Assembly (NCBI GenBank): GCA_040882365.1
Contig: JBBEBI010000028.1
Location: 34,511-98,510, forward strand
Length of the DNA: 64,000 bases
Direction: 5' to 3'
From: Anaerolineales bacterium
Lineage (GTDB): Bacteria; Chloroflexota; Anaerolineae; Anaerolineales; UBA11579
Notes under the pieces: generated by a model
What the model was told of the DNA's origin: nothing
The model's database searches: none
Seen by the model: the letters and a program-made list of their open reading frames with translations, nothing else
Part shown: one piece after another, positions 1 to 9,425 of the stretch
Position numbering within the stretch: position 1 is the first letter of the stretch
Layout: each line of letters starts with the position of its first letter
Position numbers and translations under genes: made by a program

Positions 1-1
1 G

Positions 2-382
2 TCCGCGAGAAGGAAAAATACTAGCTTATCACTACATGCACGCTGGGCGCTATTGGGGGTTTGCTGGGGTTATGTCAACGTCCCCGAAAAGGCTGAAGAC
101 ATTAATGGGAAAACATACAACCTGAAACTTAATAGCTCAATGGCTATGGTAGTCCCTTCACAAAAAATAATCGAACTGATTGATGGAGACGAAATGAAAA
201 AGGAACGCGAAGATACAGAAAAAGAGTTACAAGAAAGAATGGAAAGCTCTGGTTTCTCTGTAAGTTCATCTAAGGCGGGAGACAAAACAGTACATACAAG
301 AAAAAAGTTCGAGGATGCGCTTAAGAAGGCATTTAAGCCTGATGAGGAACAAAAGTCCGCTGAAGGAAAGTCAAAAACATAG
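2..382 (+). CDS. IS passenger gene, 5'-truncated by the window edge; possibly the C-terminus of a trypsin-like protease
   Basis: The frame of ORF 53..382 is open back to base 2. AT-rich. Overlaps the transposase 3' end convergently by 50 nt. LLGVCWG...NSSMAMVVP resembles C-terminal strands of trypsin-like domains (weak). Confidence 0.5.
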   Translation, partial: SARRKNTSLSLHARWALLGVCWGYVNVPEKAEDINGKTYNLKLNSSMAMVVPSQKIIELIDGDEMKKEREDTEKELQERMESSGFSVSSSKAGDKTVHTRKKFEDALKKAFKPDEEQKSAEGKSKT

Positions 383-1199
383 GTGCTTCATCTTTGCGAT
401 GATTGTAGCGGAATGAATATTCATCCAGATAGTTTTGCAGATATTCGGGACTGACGGAATGATAAACGCCCTTGATGCCATTCTTTACCAAAGCCCAAAA
501 CCCTTCGATGGTATTGGTATGTACGTTGCCCGAAACATAAATCTTGTTTCCGTGCAAAATGCGGTCGTGCGAAAACCCATGCAGGCGAAGCTTGTTGTAG
601 ACAGGATATTCATCCGTATAAATCTGTGCGCCCAAGGTCACCTTTTGTTTGATGATTGGGTAAATCGTATTGCTAGTAGTATCAGGAATGGCGTAGGCGT
701 GCAATCTACCCTTACGTTGAACAACGCCAAGCACGGGGGTCTTATTTTCCGCGCCGCGTCCCCGCTTGCCGCGTCCTTTGCCGCCGAAATAACTTTCGTC
801 TACCTCGACCTCGCCATTCAACGGATCGCCGCCTTCAAACAAACGTTTGCGAATTTCCTTGCACATGCGGTGAGCGGTCTTATAAGTGACGCCCGTCTCG
901 CGTTCAATTTGCTTTGCGCTAATACCGCCGCGTGTTTGGGACATTTGAAAAACAGCATAGAACCAATTGACAAGCGAGGTTGGGGACTTGTGGGCAATCG
1001 TGCCAACCGTCGGATGAACATGATTTCCGCAATTCTGGCAACAGAAGGATTTGCGGGTGCGAGCTAAATAATGATTGGTAACCTCACCGCATTTTTTGCA
1101 GAAAATCCCATCGGGATAACGATATTTGCGAAGCCATTCAAGGCAAGCCGCATCATCAGGGAATTCTTTTTGAAAATCTCGAATCGTGTATTTTTTCAT
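333..1199 (-). CDS. IS1595-family (ISXO2-like) DDE transposase
   Basis: N-terminal Zn ribbon (CKKC...CQNC), HTH, VEVDESYFGG, IYTDE, HTNTIEGFW, YLDEYSFRYN motifs. Confidence 0.95.
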   Translation of the reverse strand: MKKYTIRDFQKEFPDDAACLEWLRKYRYPDGIFCKKCGEVTNHYLARTRKSFCCQNCGNHVHPTVGTIAHKSPTSLVNWFYAVFQMSQTRGGISAKQIERETGVTYKTAHRMCKEIRKRLFEGGDPLNGEVEVDESYFGGKGRGKRGRGAENKTPVLGVVQRKGRLHAYAIPDTTSNTIYPIIKQKVTLGAQIYTDEYPVYNKLRLHGFSHDRILHGNKIYVSGNVHTNTIEGFWALVKNGIKGVYHSVSPEYLQNYLDEYSFRYNHRKDEAPMFLTFLQRTFVPHQA

Positions 1200-1215
1200 G
1201 GCAACCGTCCGTTTC

Positions 1216-2685
1216 CTACATACTCAGGTTACCATAAATCCTACATACTGTCAAGGGATACTTACCAAACAAATAACCTGTAGGGCAGTTGTAGCCGGTA
1301 GCGGATTGATAAGCAACTAACCCAGAACTACCCTCGCTGGGTGGCTGATAGGCTTGCAGCTCAGGCGCATCCTGCTGTGCGGGGGCGTAAGCGACCAATT
1401 GCACGCTACCCGCTGGGGCGGGTTCATAAGCAGACAATTGTGGCTGCGAGGGTTGCGCAGGTTGGTACGCTACCAGGCCTGTGCCTGATCCAGCGTTGTC
1501 ACCGGGGCAAACCTCAACTGTGGTCAAAGACCCTTCCGGTGGATGGGGACCTTTGCAAATCCAGCGGCCGGGTGTTTGGGTCGATTCAACACAAGTGTAT
1601 TGAATGCCGCCAACTGTAACTATCTGGCCGCTCAAATCGGAATCCGAATCGATGGTCACTGGGACTTGGCCATTTCCGTCTGGACACCCGAACGCCACAA
1701 AGTCATATCCTGTCGTGCCGGGAGTCGGGGTTACGTCACCGGTCTGCGTAGGATCACAATCATCGTTGGGATCCCTGTAAGGGTCTCGGCACAAGGGGAC
1801 ATACGTGGGCTGGCAGAATGGGGGCTGCACTGCCTGATCGAGCCCTTCAGGCACACAGCGGAAACCCACGTTGTTGTAAGCTTGTTCGGGTTCCATGCCC
1901 AGGCGCTCGGCGGCGCGCAAGGCGTCGGGGCCGTCCGCATAGCTGCCGCCGCGCACCACGCGCAGCTCGCCCTGTTCAGGGCCGGTCGGACTCTCATCCG
2001 GAGATTGCAGGTAATAATCTTCGTCGTACCAGTCCAGGGTCCATTCCCATACGTTGCCGGACATATCGTTGGCTTCATAGAGACTTTCCCCGGCGGGATA
2101 TTGGCCAACTATGTTGGTGTCGGGCGGGTCGACAAAACAACCCGCCATGTTGGAGAGGGAACAACTGGGATCGTCAGTGCCCCAGGGATAGATGTCAGCA
2201 GTTTCGCCGCGCGCCGCCTTTTCCCATTCGGCCTCAGTAGGAAGGCGCCCTTCGGCCCAACCGCAGAAGGCTGCGGCCTGATCCCAGTTCACACCGACCA
2301 CGGGATTGTTCTTATATTCGGGATCGTTGTAATGGGTTGAAGGTCCATCTTCGAAGATGGAGGGCGGAGCACAGACACCGGCGGCAACACATTGTTGATA
2401 AAGGGCGTTGCTCACCTCATTGCGGTAGATGAAGAAACCATCCAGTAGAACTGGGTGGAGTGGAAACTCATCTTCCTGGGCAAGCGGATCCAATTCCACA
2501 TCGCTGCCCATGAAGAAATGACCCGCCGGAACGTAGACGATCAGGTCCTCGATCGGGATTTCTACAACAGGGGTAGTTTCTGCAGTAGGCTCCTCAGCCG
2601 CAGGGGCCGCGCAAGCGGCCAGAGCCAGTGCTGCTAACAGAAATATGATAATTTCACGAGCTGGAATGGACGCGCGTCTAGGCAT
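1216..2685 (-). CDS. FGE-sulfatase/SUMF1-domain lipoprotein with a Cys-rich C-terminal region, probably truncated by the IS
   Basis: Lipobox LAAC; RLPTEAEWEKAARG, DMSGNVWEW, RVVRGGS, NVGFRC motifs. The last ~16 codons read through the IS end. Confidence 0.85.
   Translation of the reverse strand: MPRRASIPAREIIIFLLAALALAACAAPAAEEPTAETTPVVEIPIEDLIVYVPAGHFFMGSDVELDPLAQEDEFPLHPVLLDGFFIYRNEVSNALYQQCVAAGVCAPPSIFEDGPSTHYNDPEYKNNPVVGVNWDQAAAFCGWAEGRLPTEAEWEKAARGETADIYPWGTDDPSCSLSNMAGCFVDPPDTNIVGQYPAGESLYEANDMSGNVWEWTLDWYDEDYYLQSPDESPTGPEQGELRVVRGGSYADGPDALRAAERLGMEPEQAYNNVGFRCVPEGLDQAVQPPFCQPTYVPLCRDPYRDPNDDCDPTQTGDVTPTPGTTGYDFVAFGCPDGNGQVPVTIDSDSDLSGQIVTVGGIQYTCVESTQTPGRWICKGPHPPEGSLTTVEVCPGDNAGSGTGLVAYQPAQPSQPQLSAYEPAPAGSVQLVAYAPAQQDAPELQAYQPPSEGSSGLVAYQSATGYNCPTGYLFGKYPLTVCRIYGNLSM
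1226..1254 (-). promoter_or_regulatory. Transposase promoter inside the IS end
   Basis: TTGACA (1254-1249), 17 bp spacer, TAACCT (1231-1226). An 11-bp direct repeat TCCTACATACT lies at 1214-1224 and 1239-1249. Confidence 0.65.
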
Positions 2686-2801
2686 ACCGGTCTCTCCTCA
2701 CAGGTTAGGCGAAAGCAGCGAACATTAGGCGAATGTTTACGCTGTATGGATTATACGATACGATAAAGAACCGCCACTGTCAATTTTGCTGTGGAGTACT
2801 T

Positions 2802-3926
2802 TTAGGCTACCAAACTGCGCGAACGCTCGTCGATTGTGCCAAAAACCGCATGTATGGATTTACTGAAAGATTCAACGCCCTCGGTTTCCAGCTCCGCCGT
2901 GGCCTTATCCAGCGAAAGCCCGAGGCTCTCGAAATCCTCCAGCGCCTGCTTGGCCGCATCCAAGTCCTGCTGGATGGTGAGTTCGGCGACGCCGTGGTCC
3001 TTGACCGCCACCAGGGTTTGGGGCGGGACCGTGTTTACTGTGCTTTCGGCCACCAGGTTATCCACGTAGATTAGGTCGGCGTAGGCGGGATTCTTGGTGG
3101 AGGTGGAGGCCCACAATGGCCGCTGCAAACGACCGCCTTTCTTTTTAAGCGTCTCGAAGCGCGGCGAGGAAAACTGCTCCAGGAACAATTGGTAAGCAAG
3201 CTTGGCGTTGGCCACCGCGATCTTGCCCTTTAGCGATTCCGCCTTTTTGCCGGCCGCCCCACCCTTTTTCGCCACGCCATCCAACCACTCGTCAACTTTG
3301 CTGTCGATGCGCGATACGAAGAAGGAGGCCACTGAAGCCTGGTGGGCGATAGGCAGATTGTTGGCCACCCTTCGCTCCAGGCCGGCCAGATAGGCCTCGA
3401 TGACCTCGGCGTAGCGCGAGCGAGCGAAGATGAGCGTGATATTGATATTGACCCCTGAGGAGATGGAATGGCGGATGGCAGGCACGCCGGCTGCCGTGGC
3501 CGGGATCTTGACCATCAGGTTAGGCCGGTCGACGAGGCCCCACAGACGCTGCACCTCTTTGTTGGTGGCCTCGGTATCGTCCGCCAAGTCGGGGTGCACT
3601 TCGATGCTCACGTAGCCATCCCCGCCCCGGGTGCTGTCGTACAGCGGGCGGAACAGCTCGCAGGCGGCCTGGATATCCTGCACCGTCAATTCATCGAAGA
3701 TCTCGGAAGTACCGCGCCCTTTGCGAGCCAGCTCGGCAAGTTGCATATCGTAATCCTTGGAGTTGGCGATGGCGTTATTGAAGATGGTGGGATTGGAGGT
3801 GATGCCATAGATATCGCCGCGCTGGATCATGGCATCCAACTCGCCATTGTTTAGCAAGCGGCGCTCGATATTGTCGTACCATAGGGAGTGGCCCAGGGCG
3901 AACAGCTTTTGCGGGACAGTGGTCAT
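2802..3926 (-). CDS. tal: Transaldolase (long actinobacterial/plant type)
   Basis: GITSNPTIF, NLMVKIPAT, NINITLIF, VASFFVSRID, RPLWASTSTK. Confidence 0.95.
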   Translation of the reverse strand: MTTVPQKLFALGHSLWYDNIERRLLNNGELDAMIQRGDIYGITSNPTIFNNAIANSKDYDMQLAELARKGRGTSEIFDELTVQDIQAACELFRPLYDSTRGGDGYVSIEVHPDLADDTEATNKEVQRLWGLVDRPNLMVKIPATAAGVPAIRHSISSGVNINITLIFARSRYAEVIEAYLAGLERRVANNLPIAHQASVASFFVSRIDSKVDEWLDGVAKKGGAAGKKAESLKGKIAVANAKLAYQLFLEQFSSPRFETLKKKGGRLQRPLWASTSTKNPAYADLIYVDNLVAESTVNTVPPQTLVAVKDHGVAELTIQQDLDAAKQALEDFESLGLSLDKATAELETEGVESFSKSIHAVFGTIDERSRSLVA

Positions 3927-4795
3927 TTTGCCCTCTTCTTCGTGAGGGGAAACTTTGAAAATAACACTTTTTTGCCGGCGAAGCGTTTTTTCATTACCTC
4001 AATTGCCTCTTTATTGTTATCAACCAGAATAAAGTTACGCCCCAACTCTAAGGCGACCGCCCCGGCCGTCCCGCTGCCGGCGAAAAAATCCAGCACTAAG
4101 TCTCCGGGGTTCGAAGAGGCCATAATTATCCGGCGAAGAATTCCAAGAGGTTTCTGCGTGGGATAGCCGGTCTTCTCCTTACCGGTGGGGCTTACGATGG
4201 TGTGCCACCAGGTATCGGTGGGCAGCTTGCCGCGGGCGGCTTTTTCCTCTCCTACTAACTTAGGGGCCATATAAGGAATCCGTTCAATTTCATCAACGTT
4301 GAAGGTATAACGGGCGTTATCCTTCACATAAAAAAGAATGTTGTCATGTTTAACAGGCCAGCGGTCCTTAGCGCGGCCGCCATAATCATAGGCCCAGATA
4401 ATCTCATTTAGGAAATTGTGCCGCCCAAAAATGCGGTCAAGTAGTATTTTGCAGTAATGAACTTCCCTATAGTTTACATGAAAGTATAGTGACCCTGTAT
4501 CCTTTAGAACCCGATAAGCCTCATTTAGTCTAGGCTCCAAAAAAGCAATGTAGTCACTAAATTGATCAGAAAAGGATTTTGTGCCTAAAACTTTTGTTGA
4601 ATACCTCCGACCCGTGAAACCATTTCTGTCACCTTTTTTGTCCGCTTTTATGCTTATTTGAGTTCTGGCCTGTTTTTTCCCCGTGTTGAAGGGTGGATCG
4701 ATATAAATGAGGTCGACAGAGTTACTTTGGAGACTCGTTAGAACGGCTAAATTATCTGCAAAAATCACTTTATTTCTAATAGGTTTCGCTGCCAT
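3923..4795 (-). CDS. N6-adenine/N4-cytosine DNA methyltransferase (beta class)
   Basis: DLIYIDPPF catalytic motif precedes YPTQKP and LDFFAGSG (SAM binding). AT-rich. ATGA overlap with the tal start. Confidence 0.92.
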   Translation of the reverse strand: MAAKPIRNKVIFADNLAVLTSLQSNSVDLIYIDPPFNTGKKQARTQISIKADKKGDRNGFTGRRYSTKVLGTKSFSDQFSDYIAFLEPRLNEAYRVLKDTGSLYFHVNYREVHYCKILLDRIFGRHNFLNEIIWAYDYGGRAKDRWPVKHDNILFYVKDNARYTFNVDEIERIPYMAPKLVGEEKAARGKLPTDTWWHTIVSPTGKEKTGYPTQKPLGILRRIIMASSNPGDLVLDFFAGSGTAGAVALELGRNFILVDNNKEAIEVMKKRFAGKKVLFSKFPLTKKRAK

Positions 4796-4869
4796 CCCAT
4801 AGATTATAGTTTAATTACATCTCTCCTAAAGACTACTTCCGATGTAGAATCCCAAGCCAGTATCATGAC

Positions 4870-5985
4870 GTGGAAGAGGGCTATGAGGTGAGCATACCTA
4901 TTCGAGACGTAACCATATACGCGGTTGGGGTAGATACGTACTCAGATGCGGCCTTGAGGAAATTAGATGGTCCTGCCAAGGACGTAAACGGGTTGAGGAA
5001 ACTATTAGTCGAGGACAAGTCAACTGCCCTTTTTAAGCCCAAACAGTTTTTATCTCTTCATAATCCCTCATCTGAAAAACTACGGACACAAATTGACCAA
5101 TATGCTAACGCCCGTTCAGCGAATGGTGATGTGCTTATTTTCTACTACTCGGGACACGGCGTATCAATAGGAAATGACGATTTCGGTTTTTGCACTATTG
5201 ACACAAGAATTAATCTGACAAACAGATCGGTGTTGCCGCTAAGCGTTGTTAAATTTAGCGAGCTGCTACGGACGTTCATGATAGCGAAGATATATCCCAT
5301 AATAATAATTGACGCTTGCTTCAGCGGAATTGTCGGAAAAAGTCCGCTAATTAATCCCAGCAAAGCTTTTGATGCAATAAAAGAAAGCATGATTAGGGCG
5401 ACAAGTAGTTATTTCTTGCTTTGCTCATGCTCAGAGGAAGACACGGTAAAGGACACCAAGTTTGGCGGTGTTTTTAGTAGGATGCTTGTTGATATCTCAA
5501 AAAATGGATTGCGCAGCACACAAAAAAACCTTTCGATCAACAACATATTCCCTCTTCTCGTTGAGGAGGCAAGAAGGTACCCGGGTGAAAGCTCACCGCT
5601 GCTCCACCAGGGACCGGGTATACCAGACGTTCCCTTTATAAAAAACGTCATGTACTCTGCCAGGAGTGAAAATTTTGCAAGAGAGTATTTTTGTATTTTG
5701 AAGACCCTCTGGAATAAGGGAAAGGAAAGGGAATTATCAATTGATGAGCTTGGTCGATATTGCGGTCGTGGAGCTTATTCCAACCACAGTAAATTAAGCC
5801 TTCGGCCATGGAGATTGATAGAGGATGTACCGCGCAGTAAAGGCAGATATAGGAGATTAACCAGGCGCGGCAGGAAGTTCATCGCAGGAGAGCTTAAGAT
5901 ACCCAAGAAAATCGTAAGGGATCCGGAGAAGGAAGTATGGACTCCGGCTGCAGGTACGGCAATGGTTTCGTTTAAGGGTCAATAA
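4870..5985 (+). CDS. Caspase-like (peptidase C14) protein with a basic, putative winged-helix C-terminal domain
   Basis: AVGVDTY...LDGPAKDV, FYYSGHG (catalytic His), IIIDACFSG (catalytic Cys), GGVFSRML. Alternative GTG start at 4888. Confidence 0.85.
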   Translation: MEEGYEVSIPIRDVTIYAVGVDTYSDAALRKLDGPAKDVNGLRKLLVEDKSTALFKPKQFLSLHNPSSEKLRTQIDQYANARSANGDVLIFYYSGHGVSIGNDDFGFCTIDTRINLTNRSVLPLSVVKFSELLRTFMIAKIYPIIIIDACFSGIVGKSPLINPSKAFDAIKESMIRATSSYFLLCSCSEEDTVKDTKFGGVFSRMLVDISKNGLRSTQKNLSINNIFPLLVEEARRYPGESSPLLHQGPGIPDVPFIKNVMYSARSENFAREYFCILKTLWNKGKERELSIDELGRYCGRGAYSNHSKLSLRPWRLIEDVPRSKGRYRRLTRRGRKFIAGELKIPKKIVRDPEKEVWTPAAGTAMVSFKGQ

Positions 5986-6005
5986 CTTAAATTATTTCGC
6001 TTTTT

Positions 6006-8012
6006 TTATACCAGTAAAGCGCGGGCGTGCTTCAATACATTAGGCACGTTGAAGCCCAGCTTGTCCAGCGCCACGTCGCCGGGCGCTGAAGCCCCATAGC
6101 GCTCCAGCGAGATCATGTCACCTTCTTCCACCCAATGCCCCCACCCCTGCGCCACGCCGGCTTCAACCCCCAGGCGAGCGCGCACGCGCGGCGGCAGCAC
6201 TTTGTCGCGATAACTTTTCGGCTGGTCCTTGAACAGTTCCCAACTGGGCAAAGACACCAAGCGCACCGTGTAACCGCCAGCAGCCAGCTTGCGACCGGCG
6301 GCGACGATTAGTTGCACTTCCGACCCGCTGGCCAGCAAAATAATATCGGGGACTTTTTTCTTGCCGAGGTCGGCCAGCACGTAGGCGCCCTTATGGAGCC
6401 CTTTGGCGGGAGCGAATTCCTTACGTTCGAGTGTCGGCACGGATTGGCGGGTAAGGATCAATGCGGTGGGGCCGTTGCGGCGGCGAATCGCGGCGATCCA
6501 CGCCTCACGCGTCTCGTTGGCGTCCGCCGGGCGGATGACCACCATGTTCGGCATGGCGCGCAACGCAGCCAAATGTTCGACGGGCTGGTGCGTAGGGCCA
6601 TCTTCACCCAGGCCGATGCTGTCGTGCGTGTACACCCAGATGCTCGGGTAGGGCGACAAGGCGGAGAGGCGCAACGAAGCGCGCATGTAATCCGAGAACA
6701 CCAGGAAGGTTGCCCCGAAGGCGATGGTGCCGGGGGTCAGGTTCATGCCGTTGACGATGCCGCCCATGGCGTGTTCGCGCACCCCAAAATGGATGCTGCG
6801 ACCCTGCGGCTTATCGGCCTGGAAGTCGGGAGCGGAGTCGATGAAGGTCTTGGTCGAAGGATGCAGGTCCGCCGAGCCGCCGATCAGTTCGGGGAGCTTT
6901 TCGGCGATGGCGTTCAACACTTTGCTGGAGGAAACGCGCGTGGCCATGCCTTTGACATCGGCCGGGAACTGTGGCAGGTCCGCGTCCCAGCCTTCAGGCA
7001 GGTCCCCATCCAGGGCGCGCTGCAACTCGCTGGCCAGTTGCGGATGCGCCTGGCGATAGGCGGCTTGCTTGGCCTGCCACTGGGCTTGAAGTGTTTCCCC
7101 TCTTTCAACAGCCTCGCGATAAAACTCCAGCACATCATCGGGGATCAAGAACCAAGGCTCCAGCGGCCAACCGAGGTTCTTCTTAGCGCCGTTCAATTCC
7201 TCGAGGCCCGGCGGTTCGCCATGCGCCTTGCCGGTGCCCGCCTTTGTAGGCAAGCCATAGCCGATTATGGTGCGAACACGGATCAGCGAAGGCCGCGGGT
7301 CGGCTTTGGCCGCTTGGATGGCGGCATCGATACCCTCGACATCGTTGCCATCGGCCAGGTGCTGCACATGCCAGCCATAGGCCGCGAAGCGCGCGCCCAC
7401 ATCCTCAGTGAAGGTCAATGCCGTGCTGCCATCGATGGAGACATTGTTGTCATCGTAAAGGAAAATAAGCTTGCCCAGCCTAAGGTGGCCTGCCAGCGAG
7501 GCAGCTTCCGAGGTGATGCCTTCCATCAAATCACCATCGGTGACTATGGCATAGACGAAATAATCGAATACCTCGTGACCTGGCCGGTTGAAACGCGCCG
7601 CCAGATGCACCTGTCCAATGGCCATGCCCACCGCGTTAGCGAAACCCTGTCCCAGCGGGCCGGTGCTAGTTTCCACGCCGGGGGCGACCCAATACTCGGG
7701 GTGGCCGGGTGTCTTACTCTCCCACTGGCGGAAGCGCTTGATCTCGTCCAGCGAGAGGGCGTATCCCGTGAGGTGTAGCAATGAGTAAAGCAGCATGGAG
7801 CCATGACCACCCGAAAGGACAAAACGGTCACGGTTAGCCCACCTGGGATCGTGCGGGTTATTGCGCAGGTGGCGTGTCCACAGCGCATAGGCCATGGGTG
7901 CGGCCCCCATGGGTAAACCAGGGTGGCCGGAATCGGCGTTCTGCACGGCGTCCGCCGAAAGGAAACGCAGGGTATTGATGGCTAGTTGTTCCAGCTCTTT
8001 CGATGGGGGCAT
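6006..8012 (-). CDS. tkt: Transketolase
   Basis: [46 protein letters not shown]. Confidence 0.97.
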   Translation of the reverse strand: MPPSKELEQLAINTLRFLSADAVQNADSGHPGLPMGAAPMAYALWTRHLRNNPHDPRWANRDRFVLSGGHGSMLLYSLLHLTGYALSLDEIKRFRQWESKTPGHPEYWVAPGVETSTGPLGQGFANAVGMAIGQVHLAARFNRPGHEVFDYFVYAIVTDGDLMEGITSEAASLAGHLRLGKLIFLYDDNNVSIDGSTALTFTEDVGARFAAYGWHVQHLADGNDVEGIDAAIQAAKADPRPSLIRVRTIIGYGLPTKAGTGKAHGEPPGLEELNGAKKNLGWPLEPWFLIPDDVLEFYREAVERGETLQAQWQAKQAAYRQAHPQLASELQRALDGDLPEGWDADLPQFPADVKGMATRVSSSKVLNAIAEKLPELIGGSADLHPSTKTFIDSAPDFQADKPQGRSIHFGVREHAMGGIVNGMNLTPGTIAFGATFLVFSDYMRASLRLSALSPYPSIWVYTHDSIGLGEDGPTHQPVEHLAALRAMPNMVVIRPADANETREAWIAAIRRRNGPTALILTRQSVPTLERKEFAPAKGLHKGAYVLADLGKKKVPDIILLASGSEVQLIVAAGRKLAAGGYTVRLVSLPSWELFKDQPKSYRDKVLPPRVRARLGVEAGVAQGWGHWVEEGDMISLERYGASAPGDVALDKLGFNVPNVLKHARALLV

Positions 8013-8131
8013 TCCGCTCCTAAACAGGCAGAACGAATGAGACGATTTATTGTACCGTAGGGTCCGGCTGGGGCCTCCATTGGCTTCCCTGTTAGTTACC
8101 TATCACTTTCCCTGTATACTTGAGATGGGCA

Positions 8132-8953
8132 ATGACCAGCAAAACACCATTCCCAAAGCTCGTAGATTGGCAGGAAACGCGCTACACCTTGCACGCTTAC
8201 TGCAAGGTGCTGGGTGCCATACGCGCCGCGTTTACGCCTGAGCAGCCGCGCTATAAGCATGTCAGCCTGCGGCTGTACACGGCTGGCCTCACCACCACGC
8301 CCATCCCCCACCCTGCCGACCCAAAACGCAGCTTCTCGCTAAGCCTGGATCTGCGCAACCATTACGTGTTGCTGAGCACCAGCGAAGGCGAAGTGCAGCA
8401 GACGCGCATTAGCGATGGCCTTAGCGCTACTCAACTTGGCGAAAACTTGCTGGAGAAGTTGGCGGAGCACGGGATCGAGGGTAAGGTAAATAAGGAAAAT
8501 TTTGCTGATAATGAGCCGCGTGACTACGCCTTGGACGCAGCCGAACGCTATTTCACCGCGCTCAGCCATAGCGGGCGAGTGATGGAACGATTTAGAAGTG
8601 AATTACCAGGAGAAAGGGATCCGGTTCAGCTTTGGCCCCGTCATTTCGACCTATCTTTCATCGTTCTCGGCAAGAAGACTGTCAAGACCGTGGAGGGGGT
8701 CTTTCCCAGCCAGATCACCTTCGGTTTCGCTCCGGACGACCCCGGCCAGCCCAGCGCTTACTATTATGCGAATCCCTTCCCTTTCGAGGAAACTCTCACT
8801 CGCCGCGAATTACCCCATGGCGGAGCCTGGCACACCGCCGTGTGGCAAGGGGCCCTGTTGCCCTATGCCCATGTCGCGCAAACAGATGATGCCGAGGAGA
8901 AAATCATGGGCTTCTTCCGCGCTGCCTATGAGATTGAAAGGTCCCTGATTTAG
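8132..8953 (+). CDS. Hypothetical protein (DUF5996-like)
   Basis: TLHAYCKVLG, LTTTPIP, VQLWPRHFDLS, FGFAPDD...YYYANP pattern. Family assignment is from memory. Confidence 0.6.
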   Translation: MTSKTPFPKLVDWQETRYTLHAYCKVLGAIRAAFTPEQPRYKHVSLRLYTAGLTTTPIPHPADPKRSFSLSLDLRNHYVLLSTSEGEVQQTRISDGLSATQLGENLLEKLAEHGIEGKVNKENFADNEPRDYALDAAERYFTALSHSGRVMERFRSELPGERDPVQLWPRHFDLSFIVLGKKTVKTVEGVFPSQITFGFAPDDPGQPSAYYYANPFPFEETLTRRELPHGGAWHTAVWQGALLPYAHVAQTDDAEEKIMGFFRAAYEIERSLI

Positions 8954-9021
8954 ACGTAAAGAAATGTATACTTGGCTGCTGGCGGGCAAAGCCCGCCACG
9001 GATATGGTGAGGAGGAAGAGG

Positions 9022-9369
9022 ATGCATAATTTGGAGAAGCGAAAAGTTTTTCTAGGCATTGTGGTTTCACTAGGGTTGCTGCTGGCGGCCTGCTCCGGGG
9101 GCTCATCCCTTTTGGGGAAATGGGAAGGGACGGAAGACAGCACCGGCCTGACGTTCACCTTCGAGTTCAAGAGCGGTGGCGTCCTGGAAATGGGTTTGGC
9201 GGGCATCACAATTGAGGGAACGTATGAGATGGTGGATGCCGATACCTTCAACATGACCATTGACATGTTGGGCCAGAGCCAAACCGAGGCAGTGGATTTC
9301 TCCCGCTCGGGAAATACCTTGAACCTGACCATCAGTGGTGATACCCTGGAATTCCACAAGGTTCCATAA
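9022..9369 (+). CDS. Small beta-rich lipoprotein
   Basis: GGAGG RBS, lipobox LAAC, LLGKWE motif typical of lipocalin-like lipoproteins. Confidence 0.75.
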   Translation: MHNLEKRKVFLGIVVSLGLLLAACSGGSSLLGKWEGTEDSTGLTFTFEFKSGGVLEMGLAGITIEGTYEMVDADTFNMTIDMLGQSQTEAVDFSRSGNTLNLTISGDTLEFHKVP

Positions 9370-9385
9370 TTTTGGATGCGAAAAT

Positions 9386-9415
9386 AAAAAGACCCCGAGT
9401 TCGGGGTCTTTTTTT
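9386..9415. terminator. Bidirectional intrinsic terminator
   Basis: AAAAAGACCCCGA-GT-TCGGGGTCTTTTT between convergent genes. Confidence 0.85.
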
Positions 9416-9425
9416 ATTGGGAAAC

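Larger units (their letters stand above)
1..1266 (-). mobile_element. IS1595-family insertion sequence (left end near 1266, right end outside the window)
   Basis: Transposase ORF. The putative end GGTAAGTATCCCTTGACAG (minus strand, from 1266) coincides with the point where the upstream lipoprotein ORF turns into unrelated sequence. AT-rich flank AAACAAAT at 1267-1274. Confidence 0.75.

Noticed and set aside
1216-2685. Diversity-generating retroelement target (FGE/C-type lectin fold)
   Set aside because: No reverse transcriptase and no template/variable repeat pair seen in the window.
4870-5985. Restriction endonuclease partner of the methyltransferase
   Set aside because: Motifs match a caspase His/Cys dyad; no PD-(D/E)xK or HNH signature was recognised.
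6312-7778. Long antisense ORFs (also 11349..12410, 12554..13627, 21766..22821, 38457..39470)
   Set aside because: Shadow frames of well-supported genes in GC-rich DNA; no motifs.
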